Positions 9,452 through 18,226 of a stretch of DNA of 64,000 nt are shown piece after piece. The DNA lies in assembly GCA_035631755.1 (NCBI GenBank), contig DASQIC010000053.1, forward strand, positions 3,888 through 67,887, given 5' to 3'. The DNA comes from Steroidobacteraceae bacterium. Its GTDB lineage: Bacteria; Pseudomonadota; Gammaproteobacteria; Steroidobacterales; Steroidobacteraceae. Within the stretch, counting starts at the first letter, position 1, and each line of letters opens with the position of its first letter. The translations under genes were made by a program, and so were the position numbers. The notes under the pieces were generated by a model. The model did no database searches and was not told the DNA's origin. It saw nothing but the letters and a program-made list of their open reading frames with translations.

Positions 9452-9849
9452 CAGCCGCCCTCCGCTGCCACGACTTTCTGATAGTCCCCGGCCGACAGGA
9501 GTTCCGCGGCCGCAACTGCGCCGGCGGCCGGCCGCATGCGCATCAGCCAGCCCGCCCCGTAGGGGTCGGAGTTGACCGTCTCGGGCGCATCGGCGAGCGC
9601 GGGATTGCCGGCGGTGATCTCGCCCGCGAGCGGCGCGTAGACGTCCGAGGCGGCTTTCACCGATTCGACCACCGCGCACGGCTCGTCCTGCTTCACCGTG
9701 CGGCCGGCATCGGGCACTTCGACGAACACCAGGTCGCCGAGCGCATGCTGCGCGTGATCGGTGATGCCGATCTCCACCGTGCCGTCGGCGAGCGTGCGCA
9801 CCCACTCGTGGGACTTGGTGTATTTGAGGTCCGCGGGAACGTTGCTCAT
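9451..9849 (-). CDS. gcvH: Glycine cleavage system H protein
   Basis: ORF trimmed to the ATG at 9849 ([17 protein letters not shown]...). The lipoyl-lysine motif [13 protein letters not shown] is present. Confidence 0.9.
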   Translation of the reverse strand: MSNVPADLKYTKSHEWVRTLADGTVEIGITDHAQHALGDLVFVEVPDAGRTVKQDEPCAVVESVKAASDVYAPLAGEITAGNPALADAPETVNSDPYGAGWLMRMRPAAGAVAAAELLSAGDYQKVVAAEGG

Positions 9850-9880
9850 GAATCGCTTCCTTCGCGTCAGTCGTCGCAGG

Positions 9881-10969
9881 TTAAGTGACCAGGGACTTGC
9901 CAAAACGCACGAACGGCGGCTTCACCACTCTCGCATTCAGCAGCTTGCCGCGGATATCCACCTGCACCCGCGCGGGCGTGGCTGCGGGCACGCGCGCCAG
10001 CGCAATCGAGCGCTCGAGCGTCGGGGAGAAGGTGCCGCTGGTGATCTCGCCCTCGCCCACGCCGGGTACGAGGACCTTCTGGTGGTCGCGCAGCACGCCG
10101 CGATCCTCCAGCAGCAGACCGACGAGCTTCGGTCCCGGGCCGCGCGCACGGATCGCCTCGAGTGCCTCGCGCCCGACGAAGGCGCGCCCCGGCGGCTCGA
10201 GCGCCACGGTCCAGGCGAGGCCCGACTCGAACGGATCGGTGCTCTCGTTCATGTCGTGGCCGTAGAGATTCATGCCGGCCTCCAGTCGCAGCGTGTCGCG
10301 CGCTCCGAGGCCGCAGGACGCGACCCCCAGGGCATTCAGCTTTCGCCACGCCGGTACTGCATCCGCCGCCGGCATCATGATCTCGAAGCCGTCCTCGCCC
10401 GTGTACCCGGTGCGCGCGACGAACCAGCGGCCGAGCTCGCGCCCGACGAACACGCCGAGCCCGAGCGCCGCTTCCCGGTCGGCGGCGGCGAGGAGCTCCA
10501 GCGCCCTGGCGCGAGCTTCCGGGCCCTGGATCGCCAGCATGGCGAGATCGGTGCGCTCGGTGACCTCGAGGCCGAAGGAGGCGGCGTGGGTGCGGATCCA
10601 GGCGAGATCCTTGTCGCGGGTGCCGGCGTTCACCACCGCGCGGAACCAGCTCTCGGTGAGGAAGTACACGATGAGATCGTCGATGACCCCGCCGCGCTCG
10701 TTGAGCATGCAGGAGTAGAGCGCCTTGCCCGCGGCCTTGAGCTTGCCGACGTCGTTGGCGAGCAGCTGTGCGAGGAAGGCGCGCACCCGCGGCCCTTTGA
10801 GGTCGACGACGCACATGTGCGAGACGTCGAAAACGCCGGCGGCGCGTCGCACCGCGTGATGCTCGGCGATCTGGGAGCCGTACTGCACCGGCATGTCCCA
10901 GCCGCCGAAGTCGACGATGCGGGCGCCGAGCTCCTGGTGCAGCGCGAACAACGGTGTCTTACGTCCCAC
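9881..10969 (-). CDS. gcvT: Aminomethyltransferase (glycine cleavage T protein)
   Basis: 362 aa with a GTG start at 10969, preceded by GGAGGA 5 nt upstream. The motif GGWDMPVQY is present. Confidence 0.9.
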   Translation of the reverse strand: MGRKTPLFALHQELGARIVDFGGWDMPVQYGSQIAEHHAVRRAAGVFDVSHMCVVDLKGPRVRAFLAQLLANDVGKLKAAGKALYSCMLNERGGVIDDLIVYFLTESWFRAVVNAGTRDKDLAWIRTHAASFGLEVTERTDLAMLAIQGPEARARALELLAAADREAALGLGVFVGRELGRWFVARTGYTGEDGFEIMMPAADAVPAWRKLNALGVASCGLGARDTLRLEAGMNLYGHDMNESTDPFESGLAWTVALEPPGRAFVGREALEAIRARGPGPKLVGLLLEDRGVLRDHQKVLVPGVGEGEITSGTFSPTLERSIALARVPAATPARVQVDIRGKLLNARVVKPPFVRFGKSLVT

Positions 10970-11025
10970 TCAGGTCCTCCAGCGAACCAAGACGCGGCAC
11001 ACGCCCCTCACCCGAGGCGCCTGCC

Positions 11026-11226
11026 GCCCTTCTGTCCGGTGACCTGAGAGATCAGGCGCCTTAAGCGCCGCTCCCCTTCGGTGGGTGGATGCCGATCCAC
11101 CGCTCTCCAGAAGCCCCGCGGTGCGCTCGAAGCGCTTCCGCCGTCTGCCGTTCTTGTGCCTGAGCGTTTCCGGGCGGAATTGCGCCTTCGGCGTTCCGGC
11201 TCGCGCCGGACACTCTCCGGACAGAC
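11026..11226 (-). promoter_or_regulatory. Tandem glycine riboswitch (two aptamers) in the gcvT leader
   Basis: The minus strand reads CCGGAGAGUGUCCGGCGCGAGCCGGAACGCCGAAGGCGCAA...CUCAGGCACAAGAACGGCAG, followed by CUGGAGAGCGGUGGAUCGGCAUCCACCCACCGAAGGGGAGC...CUCUCAGGUCACCGGACAGAAGGG. Each copy contains the conserved GGAGAG...CCGAAGG..CAA...CUCAGG...GGACAG blocks. It sits directly upstream of gcvT. Confidence 0.8.
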
Positions 11227-11243
11227 CGATTCGGGCGGAGCGC

Positions 11244-11273
11244 ATGATAGCAGCCCCGGCAAGTGCCGCCCAA
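11244..11273 (-). promoter_or_regulatory. Possible sigma70 promoter of the riboswitch-gcv operon
   Basis: The minus strand has TTGGGC (11273-11268), an 18-nt spacer and TATCAT (11249-11244), about 12 nt before the riboswitch begins. Confidence 0.3.
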
Positions 11274-11300
11274 GGGCGGTGACGGTAAGATCCCTTCCGC

Positions 11301-12533
11301 ATGAGCCTTCCCCGCCGCACCTCGGTCCAGGTTCCCATCGGAGCGGTCCGCGTCGGTGGACACGCGCCGATCGTGGTGCAGTCCATGACCAATACCGACA
11401 CCGCCGACGTCGAAGGCACGGCGCGGCAGGTGCAGGCGCTCTCGCGCGCGGGCTCGGAGCTGGTGCGCATCACCGTGAACACCAGCGAAGCCGCCGCGGC
11501 GGTTGCACCGATCCGCGCATGGCTCGATCGCGCCGGTGTCACGGTGCCGTTGATCGGCGACTTTCACTTCAACGGGCACAAGCTCCTGCGCGAGCACCCC
11601 GACTGCGCGGCGGCGCTGGCCAAATACCGGATCAACCCCGGCAACGTCGGCCGCGGCAGCAAGCGCGACCCACAGTTCGCCGAGATGATCGAGATCGCCT
11701 GCCGCCACGAAAAGCCGGTGCGCATCGGGGTGAACTGGGGAAGTCTCGACTCCGATCTGCTGACGCGCCTCATGGACGAGAACTCCGCGCGCGCCGAGCC
11801 GCTCGATGCGCAGGCGGTGATGCGCAATGCCGTGGTGCTCTCGGCCTTGAGCGCCGCCCAGCGCGCCGAGGAGCTCGGACTCCCCCACGATCGCATCATC
11901 CTCTCGGCCAAGGTGAGCGGCGTGCAGGACCTGATCGCGATCTATCGCGACCTCGCATCGCGCTGCGACTATCCGCTGCACCTTGGGCTCACCGAGGCGG
12001 GCATGGGCTCGAAGGGCATCGTCGCCTCGACCGCCGGCATGGCGGTGCTGCTGCAGGAAGGCATCGGCGACACCATCCGGGTGTCGCTCACGCCCGAGCC
12101 CGGCGGCGATCGCACTGAGGAAGTGATCGTCGCGCAGCAGATCCTGCAGACCATGGGGTTGCGGGCGTTCACGCCACAGGTGGTGGCGTGCCCGGGCTGC
12201 GGGCGCACCACCAGCAGCTTCTTCCAGGAGCTCGCCCAGCAGATCCAGGCGCACATCCGCGAGCGCATGCCGCAGTGGCGGCGCGAGTACGCCGGCGTCG
12301 AGAACATGACGGTCGCGGTCATGGGCTGCGTGGTGAACGGCCCCGGAGAGAGCAAGCACGCCGACCTCGGCATCAGCCTGCCGGGCACGGGCGAACGCCC
12401 CGTGGCGCCGGTCTACGAGGACGGCGAGAAGACCGTCACGCTCAAGGGCGAGCGGATCGCCGAGGAATTCCAGCAGATCGTCGAGCGCTACGTGGCGCGC
12501 CGCTACCCGCGCCTCGAGGGCACGAAGCCGTGA
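11301..12533 (+). CDS. ispG: 4-hydroxy-3-methylbut-2-en-1-yl diphosphate synthase
   Basis: 410 aa with an ATG start. The motifs [15 protein letters not shown] and C-terminal ACPGCGRT (Fe-S cysteines) are present. Confidence 0.95.
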   Translation: MSLPRRTSVQVPIGAVRVGGHAPIVVQSMTNTDTADVEGTARQVQALSRAGSELVRITVNTSEAAAAVAPIRAWLDRAGVTVPLIGDFHFNGHKLLREHPDCAAALAKYRINPGNVGRGSKRDPQFAEMIEIACRHEKPVRIGVNWGSLDSDLLTRLMDENSARAEPLDAQAVMRNAVVLSALSAAQRAEELGLPHDRIILSAKVSGVQDLIAIYRDLASRCDYPLHLGLTEAGMGSKGIVASTAGMAVLLQEGIGDTIRVSLTPEPGGDRTEEVIVAQQILQTMGLRAFTPQVVACPGCGRTTSSFFQELAQQIQAHIRERMPQWRREYAGVENMTVAVMGCVVNGPGESKHADLGISLPGTGERPVAPVYEDGEKTVTLKGERIAEEFQQIVERYVARRYPRLEGTKP

Positions 12534-12868
12534 GCGAGCTCGCCTCACGCAAATGCAAGCCCTGCACAGGCGGCACCCCGCCGCTCGCTGCCGCCGAGGT
12601 CGCGAGACTCCTCGCGCAGCTCTCCACGGCGTGGAAGGTGACCGACGAAGGCGGCGCGATCCGCCGCGAGTACGCCTTCCGCGACTTCTACCGCACCATG
12701 AGCTTCGTCAACGCGCTCGCGCACATTGCCAACATCGAGGACCATCACCCGGATCTCGAGATCGGCTACAACTACTGCCGGGTCACCTTCACCACCCACG
12801 CCGTGCGCGGGCTCTCCGAGAACGACTTCGTGTGCGCCGCCAAGGTGGACCTGATCCCGCTCGCCTGA
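12530..12868 (+). CDS. phhB: Pterin-4-alpha-carbinolamine dehydratase
   Basis: This is the C-terminal part of ORF 12188..12868. The GTG at 12530 overlaps the ispG stop (GTGA). The product begins [12 protein letters not shown] and contains [23 protein letters not shown]. Confidence 0.8.
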   Translation: MSELASRKCKPCTGGTPPLAAAEVARLLAQLSTAWKVTDEGGAIRREYAFRDFYRTMSFVNALAHIANIEDHHPDLEIGYNYCRVTFTTHAVRGLSENDFVCAAKVDLIPLA

Positions 12869-12880
12869 GCCGTGCCCGAG

Positions 12881-12928
12881 GGCCGAGCGTCGTGCCGCTC
12901 GGCCGAGCGTCGTGCCGCCGGCCGAGCG
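12881..12928. repeat. Tandem direct repeat, about 20-bp unit in 2.4 copies (GGCCGAGCGTCGTGCCGC)
   Basis: The 18-mers at 12881-12898 and 12901-12918 are identical, and a third partial copy lies at 12920-12928. Each unit can form a small GAGCG/CGCTC hairpin. It lies just after the phhB stop. Confidence 0.85.
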
Positions 12929-12945
12929 GGTGAGGGTTTGCCAGG

Positions 12946-12973
12946 CGATAGTTAAGCAATCCCTTAACTATCG
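12946..12973. repeat. 28-bp AT-rich perfect palindrome (11-bp arms, 6-bp spacer)
   Basis: The sequence is CGATAGTTAAG caatcc CTTAACTATCG. It lies between the convergent genes phhB and ubiI and has no flanking U/T tract. Confidence 0.9.
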
Positions 12974-13014
12974 GCGAAGTGAGATACGCGCGCCGGCCCT
13001 GCCCGCTCGACCGG

Positions 13015-14235
13015 TCACGGGGCGCGCGCCGCCCGGGGGAGCTCGCCGGTCACCCCGAGTGCACGGCGGATGAAGAAGCGGCGCAGCTCCTCGCTGCGGT
13101 TGACCCACGAGAGCCCGTGCCGGGCGAGGCGCGCGAGCGGACCCGTCCCGTGCGCGAGCAGCCGGTCGAAGGCGTCGATGGCGCTGGCCATGACAGCGAC
13201 CTCGCTCTTGCGCCAGCGCTCGTAGGCACGAAGCGGGCCGAGCGCCCCCGGATCTTCGCGCCGCGCGGCCGCCGCGAGCACCAGCTCCGCGAGGGCTGCG
13301 GCATCGAGCAGCCCGAGGTTCACCCCCTGCCCGGCGAGCGGATGCACGACGTGCGCCGCATCGCCGATCAGGGCCACGCGCCGCGCGACGTAGCGCGGCG
13401 CAGCGAGCCGGCGCAGCGGGAACGACTGACGCTCGCTCACGAGATGCGTGGCGCCGAGCGCCAGATCCGACGCCCGGTCGAGCTCACGCGCGAACTCGGC
13501 CGCCGGGGCGGCGATCAGCCGCGCGGCGAGGGCATCGTCAGCGGACCAGACGATCGAGCTCGTGCCGTCGGCGAGCGGCAGGAAGGCGAGCGTCCCGTCT
13601 CTCATGAAGCGCTGCCAGGCGGTCGACTCGTGCGGGCGCGCGGTAGCTACCCCTGCGACGATGGCGGTCTGGCCGTAACCGCTGATCTGCGCGCTGAGGC
13701 CCGCCGCGGCGCGCAGCGCCGACTGCGCGCCGTCGGCGCCGACCGCGAGCCGCGCGGTCAGCCTGCCGGTGCTGGTTTCGATGTCGACCCCCTCCTCGGT
13801 GATCGCGAGCGCGGCGAACTGTGCCGCCTCGAGGTGACCGCCGGCGGCAACCAGGGCCTCGAGCAGCGCGCTCTGCAGCAGCCGGTTCTCGACGACGTAG
13901 CCGAGGTTCGGCTCGCCGACGTCGGCGGCGTCGAATACCAGCGCGCCCGCGGCGGTCGCGGCGACCCCCTCGTGCCAGATGCGCATGCGCTCGTAGGCGC
14001 ACAGCCGCGGACCGGCGATGCGGTCCCAGGCTCCCGCAGCGCGCAGCGTGCGCTCGCTGGCGCGCGACAGCGCGACCACGCGAGCATCGGGCAGCGAGCG
14101 CGGTGGCGGCGGCGCCGGAAGGCGCGGTTCGATCACCACCACGCGCAGCGGCGCGGCGCCGGGCGAGCCGCGCGCCAGGAGCGCGGCGGCGCAGGCGCCC
14201 GCCGGTCCGCCGCCCACTACCGCGACGTCAAACAT
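13015..14235 (-). CDS. ubiI: FAD-dependent ubiquinone-biosynthesis hydroxylase (UbiH/UbiF/VisC/COQ6 family)
   Basis: ORF trimmed to the ATG at 14235 (MFDVAVVGGGPAGA...). The motif IGDAAHVVHPLAGQGVNLGLLDA is present. The symbol is assigned only from the pepP-ubiH-visC gene order. Confidence 0.8.
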   Translation of the reverse strand: MFDVAVVGGGPAGACAAALLARGSPGAAPLRVVVIEPRLPAPPPPRSLPDARVVALSRASERTLRAAGAWDRIAGPRLCAYERMRIWHEGVAATAAGALVFDAADVGEPNLGYVVENRLLQSALLEALVAAGGHLEAAQFAALAITEEGVDIETSTGRLTARLAVGADGAQSALRAAAGLSAQISGYGQTAIVAGVATARPHESTAWQRFMRDGTLAFLPLADGTSSIVWSADDALAARLIAAPAAEFARELDRASDLALGATHLVSERQSFPLRRLAAPRYVARRVALIGDAAHVVHPLAGQGVNLGLLDAAALAELVLAAAARREDPGALGPLRAYERWRKSEVAVMASAIDAFDRLLAHGTGPLARLARHGLSWVNRSEELRRFFIRRALGVTGELPRAARAP

Positions 14236-15466
14236 GGCGCAGCGGCAATCCGCGGGCGAGCCGCGGGGTCGGTCCGCCGAAGCCGGCGCTGACGCGCGCC
14301 AGCGCGCTCTTCGCCGGGGGCAGCAGGTCGAAGACGAGCAGGCCGAGGTCGCGCAGCAGCTGCACCGGGGCACGCGGATCCCCGAAGACTTTCACCAGCG
14401 AGTCGGTGAAGCGCACTACCCCGCCCCGGTCGCGTGCGCGCCAGGCGGCGAAGCGCTCAAGCAGCGCCGGCGCACCGATGTCGCCCGAGGCACCGGCGAT
14501 CGTCTCGGCGAGCATCGCGGCGTCGCGCAGCCCCAGATTGAAGCCCTGGCCCGCCACCGGGTGCAGCGCCTGCGCGGCGTTGCCGATCAGCACGGTGCGC
14601 TCGGCCACCGGGGCGCTCGCACGCGCCAGAGCGAGCGGATAGGAGGCGCGGTGCCCGGCGCGCACGAACCGTCCCGCGCGCCAGCCGAAGCGCGCCTGCA
14701 GCTGCGCGAGGTAAGCCGCGTCATCGAGCGCGAGCACCGCCGGGGCCTGCTCCCGGCGCGCGGCCCAGATGACGCCGAGCGTACCGTCGGCAAGCGGCAG
14801 CACCGCCAGCGGTCCCTCGGGGGTGAAACGCTCCCAGGCCGCGCCCTGGTGCGGGCTGTCGCTCGCGACATTGGCGACGATGGCAACCTGCCCGTAGTCC
14901 TGTACCGTGGCGCCGATGCCGGCCGCGGCGCGGACCTGCGATTGCGCGCCGTCGGCGCCGACCACGAGCCGCGCCACCACCGGCTCGCTCGCGCCGGACT
15001 CGCGCAGCACGCGGAATTGCACCCGCTGCGCACCGATCGCCACGTCCGCGATGCGCGCCGGGACGCGCAGCGTGAGGTTGGCAGCGCCCTCGAGCACGCC
15101 CCAGAGCGCCGTGCCGACGCGCCGGTTCGGGACGACGTAGCCGAAGGCCTCGATACCGTGCTCGGCGGCCGTGAGGCGCACGAAGCCGAAGCGGCCGGCG
15201 TCCGAGACGTGGATGGTGCGGATCGGCGAGGCCTCGGGTGCGATCGCATCCCACACGGACAATCCCTCGAAGATCCGCCGGCTGGCGTTGCCGAGCGCCG
15301 TGCTGCGCTCGTCGAAGCTCGGCTGGGTGGCGGCGCCGAAGGGCACGCTCTCGACCAGCAGCACCCGCACGCCGGTGGGCGCGAGCGCCGCGGCCAGGCT
15401 CGCGCCCACCATGCCCCCGCCGACCACGGCGACATCGACTTCGAGCGGAGTAACGCGTGTGGACAT
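14228..15466 (-). CDS. ubiH: FAD-dependent ubiquinone-biosynthesis hydroxylase (UbiH/UbiF/VisC/COQ6 family)
   Basis: ORF trimmed to the ATG at 15466 (MSTRVTPLEVDVAVVGGGMVGAS...). The motif IGNAAQALHPVAGQGFNLGLRDA is present. It sits directly downstream of pepP, as in E. coli and Pseudomonas. Confidence 0.8.
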   Translation of the reverse strand: MSTRVTPLEVDVAVVGGGMVGASLAAALAPTGVRVLLVESVPFGAATQPSFDERSTALGNASRRIFEGLSVWDAIAPEASPIRTIHVSDAGRFGFVRLTAAEHGIEAFGYVVPNRRVGTALWGVLEGAANLTLRVPARIADVAIGAQRVQFRVLRESGASEPVVARLVVGADGAQSQVRAAAGIGATVQDYGQVAIVANVASDSPHQGAAWERFTPEGPLAVLPLADGTLGVIWAARREQAPAVLALDDAAYLAQLQARFGWRAGRFVRAGHRASYPLALARASAPVAERTVLIGNAAQALHPVAGQGFNLGLRDAAMLAETIAGASGDIGAPALLERFAAWRARDRGGVVRFTDSLVKVFGDPRAPVQLLRDLGLLVFDLLPPAKSALARVSAGFGGPTPRLARGLPLRHV

Positions 15467-15480
15467 GCCCGGCTCGGCGC

Positions 15481-16788
15481 TCAGCCGTGCGCCATCAGTG
15501 CCTCGATCTGCCCGGCGTCTTTCGGCACGCGTGCGCTGAGGACCTCGGCGCCCCGCCGGGTCACCAGCACGTCGTCCTCGATGCGGATGCCGATGTTGCG
15601 GAAGCGCCGCGGCACGCCGCGCGCCCCGGCCGGCAGGTAGATGCCGGGCTCGACGGTGAGCGTCATGCCGGGCTCGAGCACCCGCCACTCATCTCCCACC
15701 TTGTAGTCGCCGACGTCGTGCACGTCGAGGCCCAGCCAGTGGCCGGTGCGGTGCATGAAGAAGCGGCGATAGGCGCCGGCGCGGATCAGCGAGCCGACGC
15801 GCCCCCTGAGCAGTCCGAGCCTGACCAGGCCCTGGGTGATGACACGCACCGCCGCCTCGTGCGGGTCGTTCCAGTGGTTGCCGGGACGCACGCGCGCGAT
15901 GGCGGCGAGATTCGCCTCGAGCACCACCTCGTAGACCGCGCGCTGCTCGGGGCTGAAGCGGCCGTTGACCGGGTAGGTGCGGGTGATGTCCGAGGCGTAG
16001 CACTCGAACTCGCAGCCGGCATCCACCAGCAGCAGCTCGCCGTCCTCGAGCGGCTGATCGTTGTCGCGATAGTGCAGTACGCAGCTGTTGGCGCCTGCGC
16101 CGACGATCGGGGGGTAGGCGGTATCGGCATTGTGGCGGCGAAACTCGTGCAGCAGCTCTGCCATCACCTGGTACTCGGTCGCGCCCGGACGGCAGAAGCG
16201 CATCGCCCGCACGTGAGCCCGCGCGGCGATGCCCGCCGCGGTGCGCATCAGCTCGAGCTCGCGCCGCGACTTATAGAGCCGCATGTCGTGCAGCACGTGA
16301 TCGAGCGCCACGAACTCCTGGGGCGGATGCCGGCCGTTGCGCGCCTGGGTGCGCAGCCCGTTCACCCAGCCGACCACGCGCTGATCGAAGTCCGCGTAGA
16401 CACCCATGGTGTAGTACACACGTGCCCGGTTCTCGAGCAGCCCGGGCAGGATCTCGTCCATGTCCGCGATCGGGAAAGCATCGTCGGCGCCGAACTCACG
16501 CGCCGCCCCGGCGGGACCCGCGCGCCGGCCGTCCCAGGTCTCGCGGGTGCGGTCGCGCTCGCGCACGAACAGGATGTATTCCGCCTGCTCCCGTCCCGGG
16601 ACCAGCACCGCCACCGCTTCCGGCTCGCCGAAGCCGGTCAGGTACTGGAAATCGCTGTCCTGACGGTAGGGATACTCGACGTCGCCATTGCGGTGCCGGA
16701 CGGGTGCCGCCGGCAGCACCGCGATCGAGTCGCGCCCCATGAGGCGCATCAGCTGGTGGCGGCGGCGGGCAAACTCGTCTCTCGCCAT
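15481..16788 (-). CDS. pepP: Xaa-Pro aminopeptidase
   Basis: 435 aa with an ATG start. Motifs are YRQDSDFQYLTGF, HRTGHWLGLDVHD, EPGIY and IRIEDDV. Confidence 0.9.
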   Translation of the reverse strand: MARDEFARRRHQLMRLMGRDSIAVLPAAPVRHRNGDVEYPYRQDSDFQYLTGFGEPEAVAVLVPGREQAEYILFVRERDRTRETWDGRRAGPAGAAREFGADDAFPIADMDEILPGLLENRARVYYTMGVYADFDQRVVGWVNGLRTQARNGRHPPQEFVALDHVLHDMRLYKSRRELELMRTAAGIAARAHVRAMRFCRPGATEYQVMAELLHEFRRHNADTAYPPIVGAGANSCVLHYRDNDQPLEDGELLLVDAGCEFECYASDITRTYPVNGRFSPEQRAVYEVVLEANLAAIARVRPGNHWNDPHEAAVRVITQGLVRLGLLRGRVGSLIRAGAYRRFFMHRTGHWLGLDVHDVGDYKVGDEWRVLEPGMTLTVEPGIYLPAGARGVPRRFRNIGIRIEDDVLVTRRGAEVLSARVPKDAGQIEALMAHG

Positions 16789-16806
16789 CGGGGGGGGCGT
16801 GCGTCC

Positions 16807-17364
16807 TCAGTGCAGGGGTGCCGCAGCCGGCAGCGGCGCCCGGCGCGCGGGCGCGAGCTCTTCGTAGAGCAGCTGCACTCCCACCCGCACGAACTCGACC
16901 AGCTCGGCGTAGGCGCTCTCGTTCGAGTCCTCGCCCTGCCCGTCCTCCACCCCGGCGCGGGTGATCTCGGTGAAGTCACGCACGATCTCGCCGACCTCCC
17001 CGGGCAGGCCGCTGGCGTCGCGGATGGCGCCCGAGCCGAGACCGTAGAGAAAACCCTGACACCACTCGGCGAGCGCCCGGGTGCGCTCGGCGAGCGGCTG
17101 CTCATCGGCCGGCAGCAGCGGCTGGAAATCCATCTCGGTCTCATCGAGCGCCGCCAGGGTTGCGGTATAGAGCTCGTGCAGGGTATCGGTCGCATCGCGA
17201 TCCGCCTGCCCTTCGGGCAGGATCTCGCCCAGGAAGTCCTCGAAGCGGTAATCGACCACGGCGCACAGACACCCGGCGAGCGTGCCGTGGGCTTCGGCGG
17301 GCTCGACCAGCGAGCGCTGCGCGGCGAGCAGCTGGCGGACGCGCGTGTAGTCGGGCGAGTTCAT
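16807..17364 (-). CDS. ygfB: UPF0149 family protein (YgfB-like)
   Basis: 185 aa, acidic, with an ATG start. It holds the conserved position upstream of pepP. Confidence 0.75.
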   Translation of the reverse strand: MNSPDYTRVRQLLAAQRSLVEPAEAHGTLAGCLCAVVDYRFEDFLGEILPEGQADRDATDTLHELYTATLAALDETEMDFQPLLPADEQPLAERTRALAEWCQGFLYGLGSGAIRDASGLPGEVGEIVRDFTEITRAGVEDGQGEDSNESAYAELVEFVRVGVQLLYEELAPARRAPLPAAAPLH

Positions 17365-17395
17365 GCGGGCGACTCATTATAGTGGAGTGCGGTAA

Positions 17396-17425
17396 TTGAC
17401 CGCACGAAGAGCCGCGCTCTATAGT
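17396..17425 (+). promoter_or_regulatory. Sigma70-type promoter of zapB-like/zapA with leaderless geometry
   Basis: TTGACC (17396-17401), an 18-nt spacer and TATAGT (17420-17425). The ATG at 17434 lies only 8 nt after the -10 and has no SD. The inverted repeat GTGCGGT-aattg-ACCGCAC (17387-17405) overlaps the -35. Confidence 0.45.
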
Positions 17426-17433
17426 CCGCGGCC

Positions 17434-17664
17434 ATGAACGACACGACAAGAACACAACTAGATGTCGAACTGACGCGCCTCGCGAAACGCATCGACGAAC
17501 TGCTCACCACCCTCGAACACCTCAAGGAAGAAAACCGCGCGCTGCGGGCCCGGCACGAGTCCCTCGCCGGCGAGCGCGCCAGCCTGATGCACAAGAACGA
17601 GCAGGTGCGCACGCGCGTCGAGGCCATGATCGGGCGTCTCAAGACCCTGGAGCACAGCTCTTGA
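17434..17664 (+). CDS. Small coiled-coil protein upstream of zapA (ZapB-like / TIGR02449-type)
   Basis: 76 aa with heptad-rich sequence (LEHLKEENRALRARHESLAGERASLMHKNEQVRTRVEAMIGRLKTLE). It holds the conserved position 5' of zapA. Confidence 0.7.
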   Translation: MNDTTRTQLDVELTRLAKRIDELLTTLEHLKEENRALRARHESLAGERASLMHKNEQVRTRVEAMIGRLKTLEHSS

Positions 17665-17978
17665 GCCCCCCGGACCAGGCACGGGTGAGCGTGCGCATCA
17701 TGGACAAGGAATATGTCGTCGCCTGTCCCTACGAGGAGCGCTCGGCGCTGCTCGATGCCGCGGAGTTCCTCAACACCCGCATGCGCGAGATCCGCGATGC
17801 CGGCAAGGTGGTCGGCCTCGACCGCATCGCCGTCATGGCGGCCCTGAACCTGGCCCACGAGTTCCTCAAGTCGCGCGACCGCGAGTCGAAGGTCGACAGC
17901 GGCGCCGGCCACCGGGTGCGGGCGCTGCGCGAGCGGGTGGAAAGCGCCCTCGGCAAGGGTCAGCAGCTCGATCTGTAA
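17661..17978 (+). CDS. zapA: Cell division protein ZapA
   Basis: The sequence VSVRIMDKEYVVACPYEERSALLDAAEFLNTRMREIR...VMAALNLAHEF matches the ZapA pattern. The TTG start at 17661 overlaps the upstream stop. GTG at 17685 is an alternative start. Confidence 0.85.
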   Translation: MSPPDQARVSVRIMDKEYVVACPYEERSALLDAAEFLNTRMREIRDAGKVVGLDRIAVMAALNLAHEFLKSRDRESKVDSGAGHRVRALRERVESALGKGQQLDL

Positions 17979-18026
17979 TGCGACCCTGGTCTCAAGCGCG
18001 CCGCGCATGCATGGTGTAGAGTCGTC

Positions 18027-18226
18027 GTCAGCGTCGCCTGCGGTGTTCGACAAGCGGACCGGGTTACCTCGGACCCTAATTGAAACACCCTCGGGACTGA
18101 AGGGCTTGCGGCAGCACTGTGCAGGTCCGCCCTGTAGCGGAAAGCCTTACCTGCGGCAGCTCGTCCCACCTGTTGCTCTGGTTCGAGAGCAACGGTTCGC
18201 ACCGGCATATGCGGGTGGCGCTGCCT
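18027..18226 (+). ncRNA. ssrS: 6S RNA
   Basis: It lies between zapA and ygfA, as in other gammaproteobacteria. A 13-bp closing stem forms between CAGCGUCGCCUGC (18029-18041) and GCGGGUGGCGCUG (18211-18223), including G-U pairs. Blocks resemble E. coli 6S: GGUGUUCGACAAGCGGACC, GAAAGCCUUACCUGCGGCAGC, and the hairpin GCUCUGGUUCGAGAGC. The ends are approximate. Confidence 0.75.

Noticed and set aside
12946-12973. The 28-bp 11-6-11 palindrome as the chromosomal dif site
   Set aside because: Only the geometry matches. The inner arm positions (GTTAAG/CTTAAC) do not match the CATAA/TTATG core of gammaproteobacterial dif as I recall it. Real dif sites are not perfect palindromes, and nothing here shows that this is the terminus.
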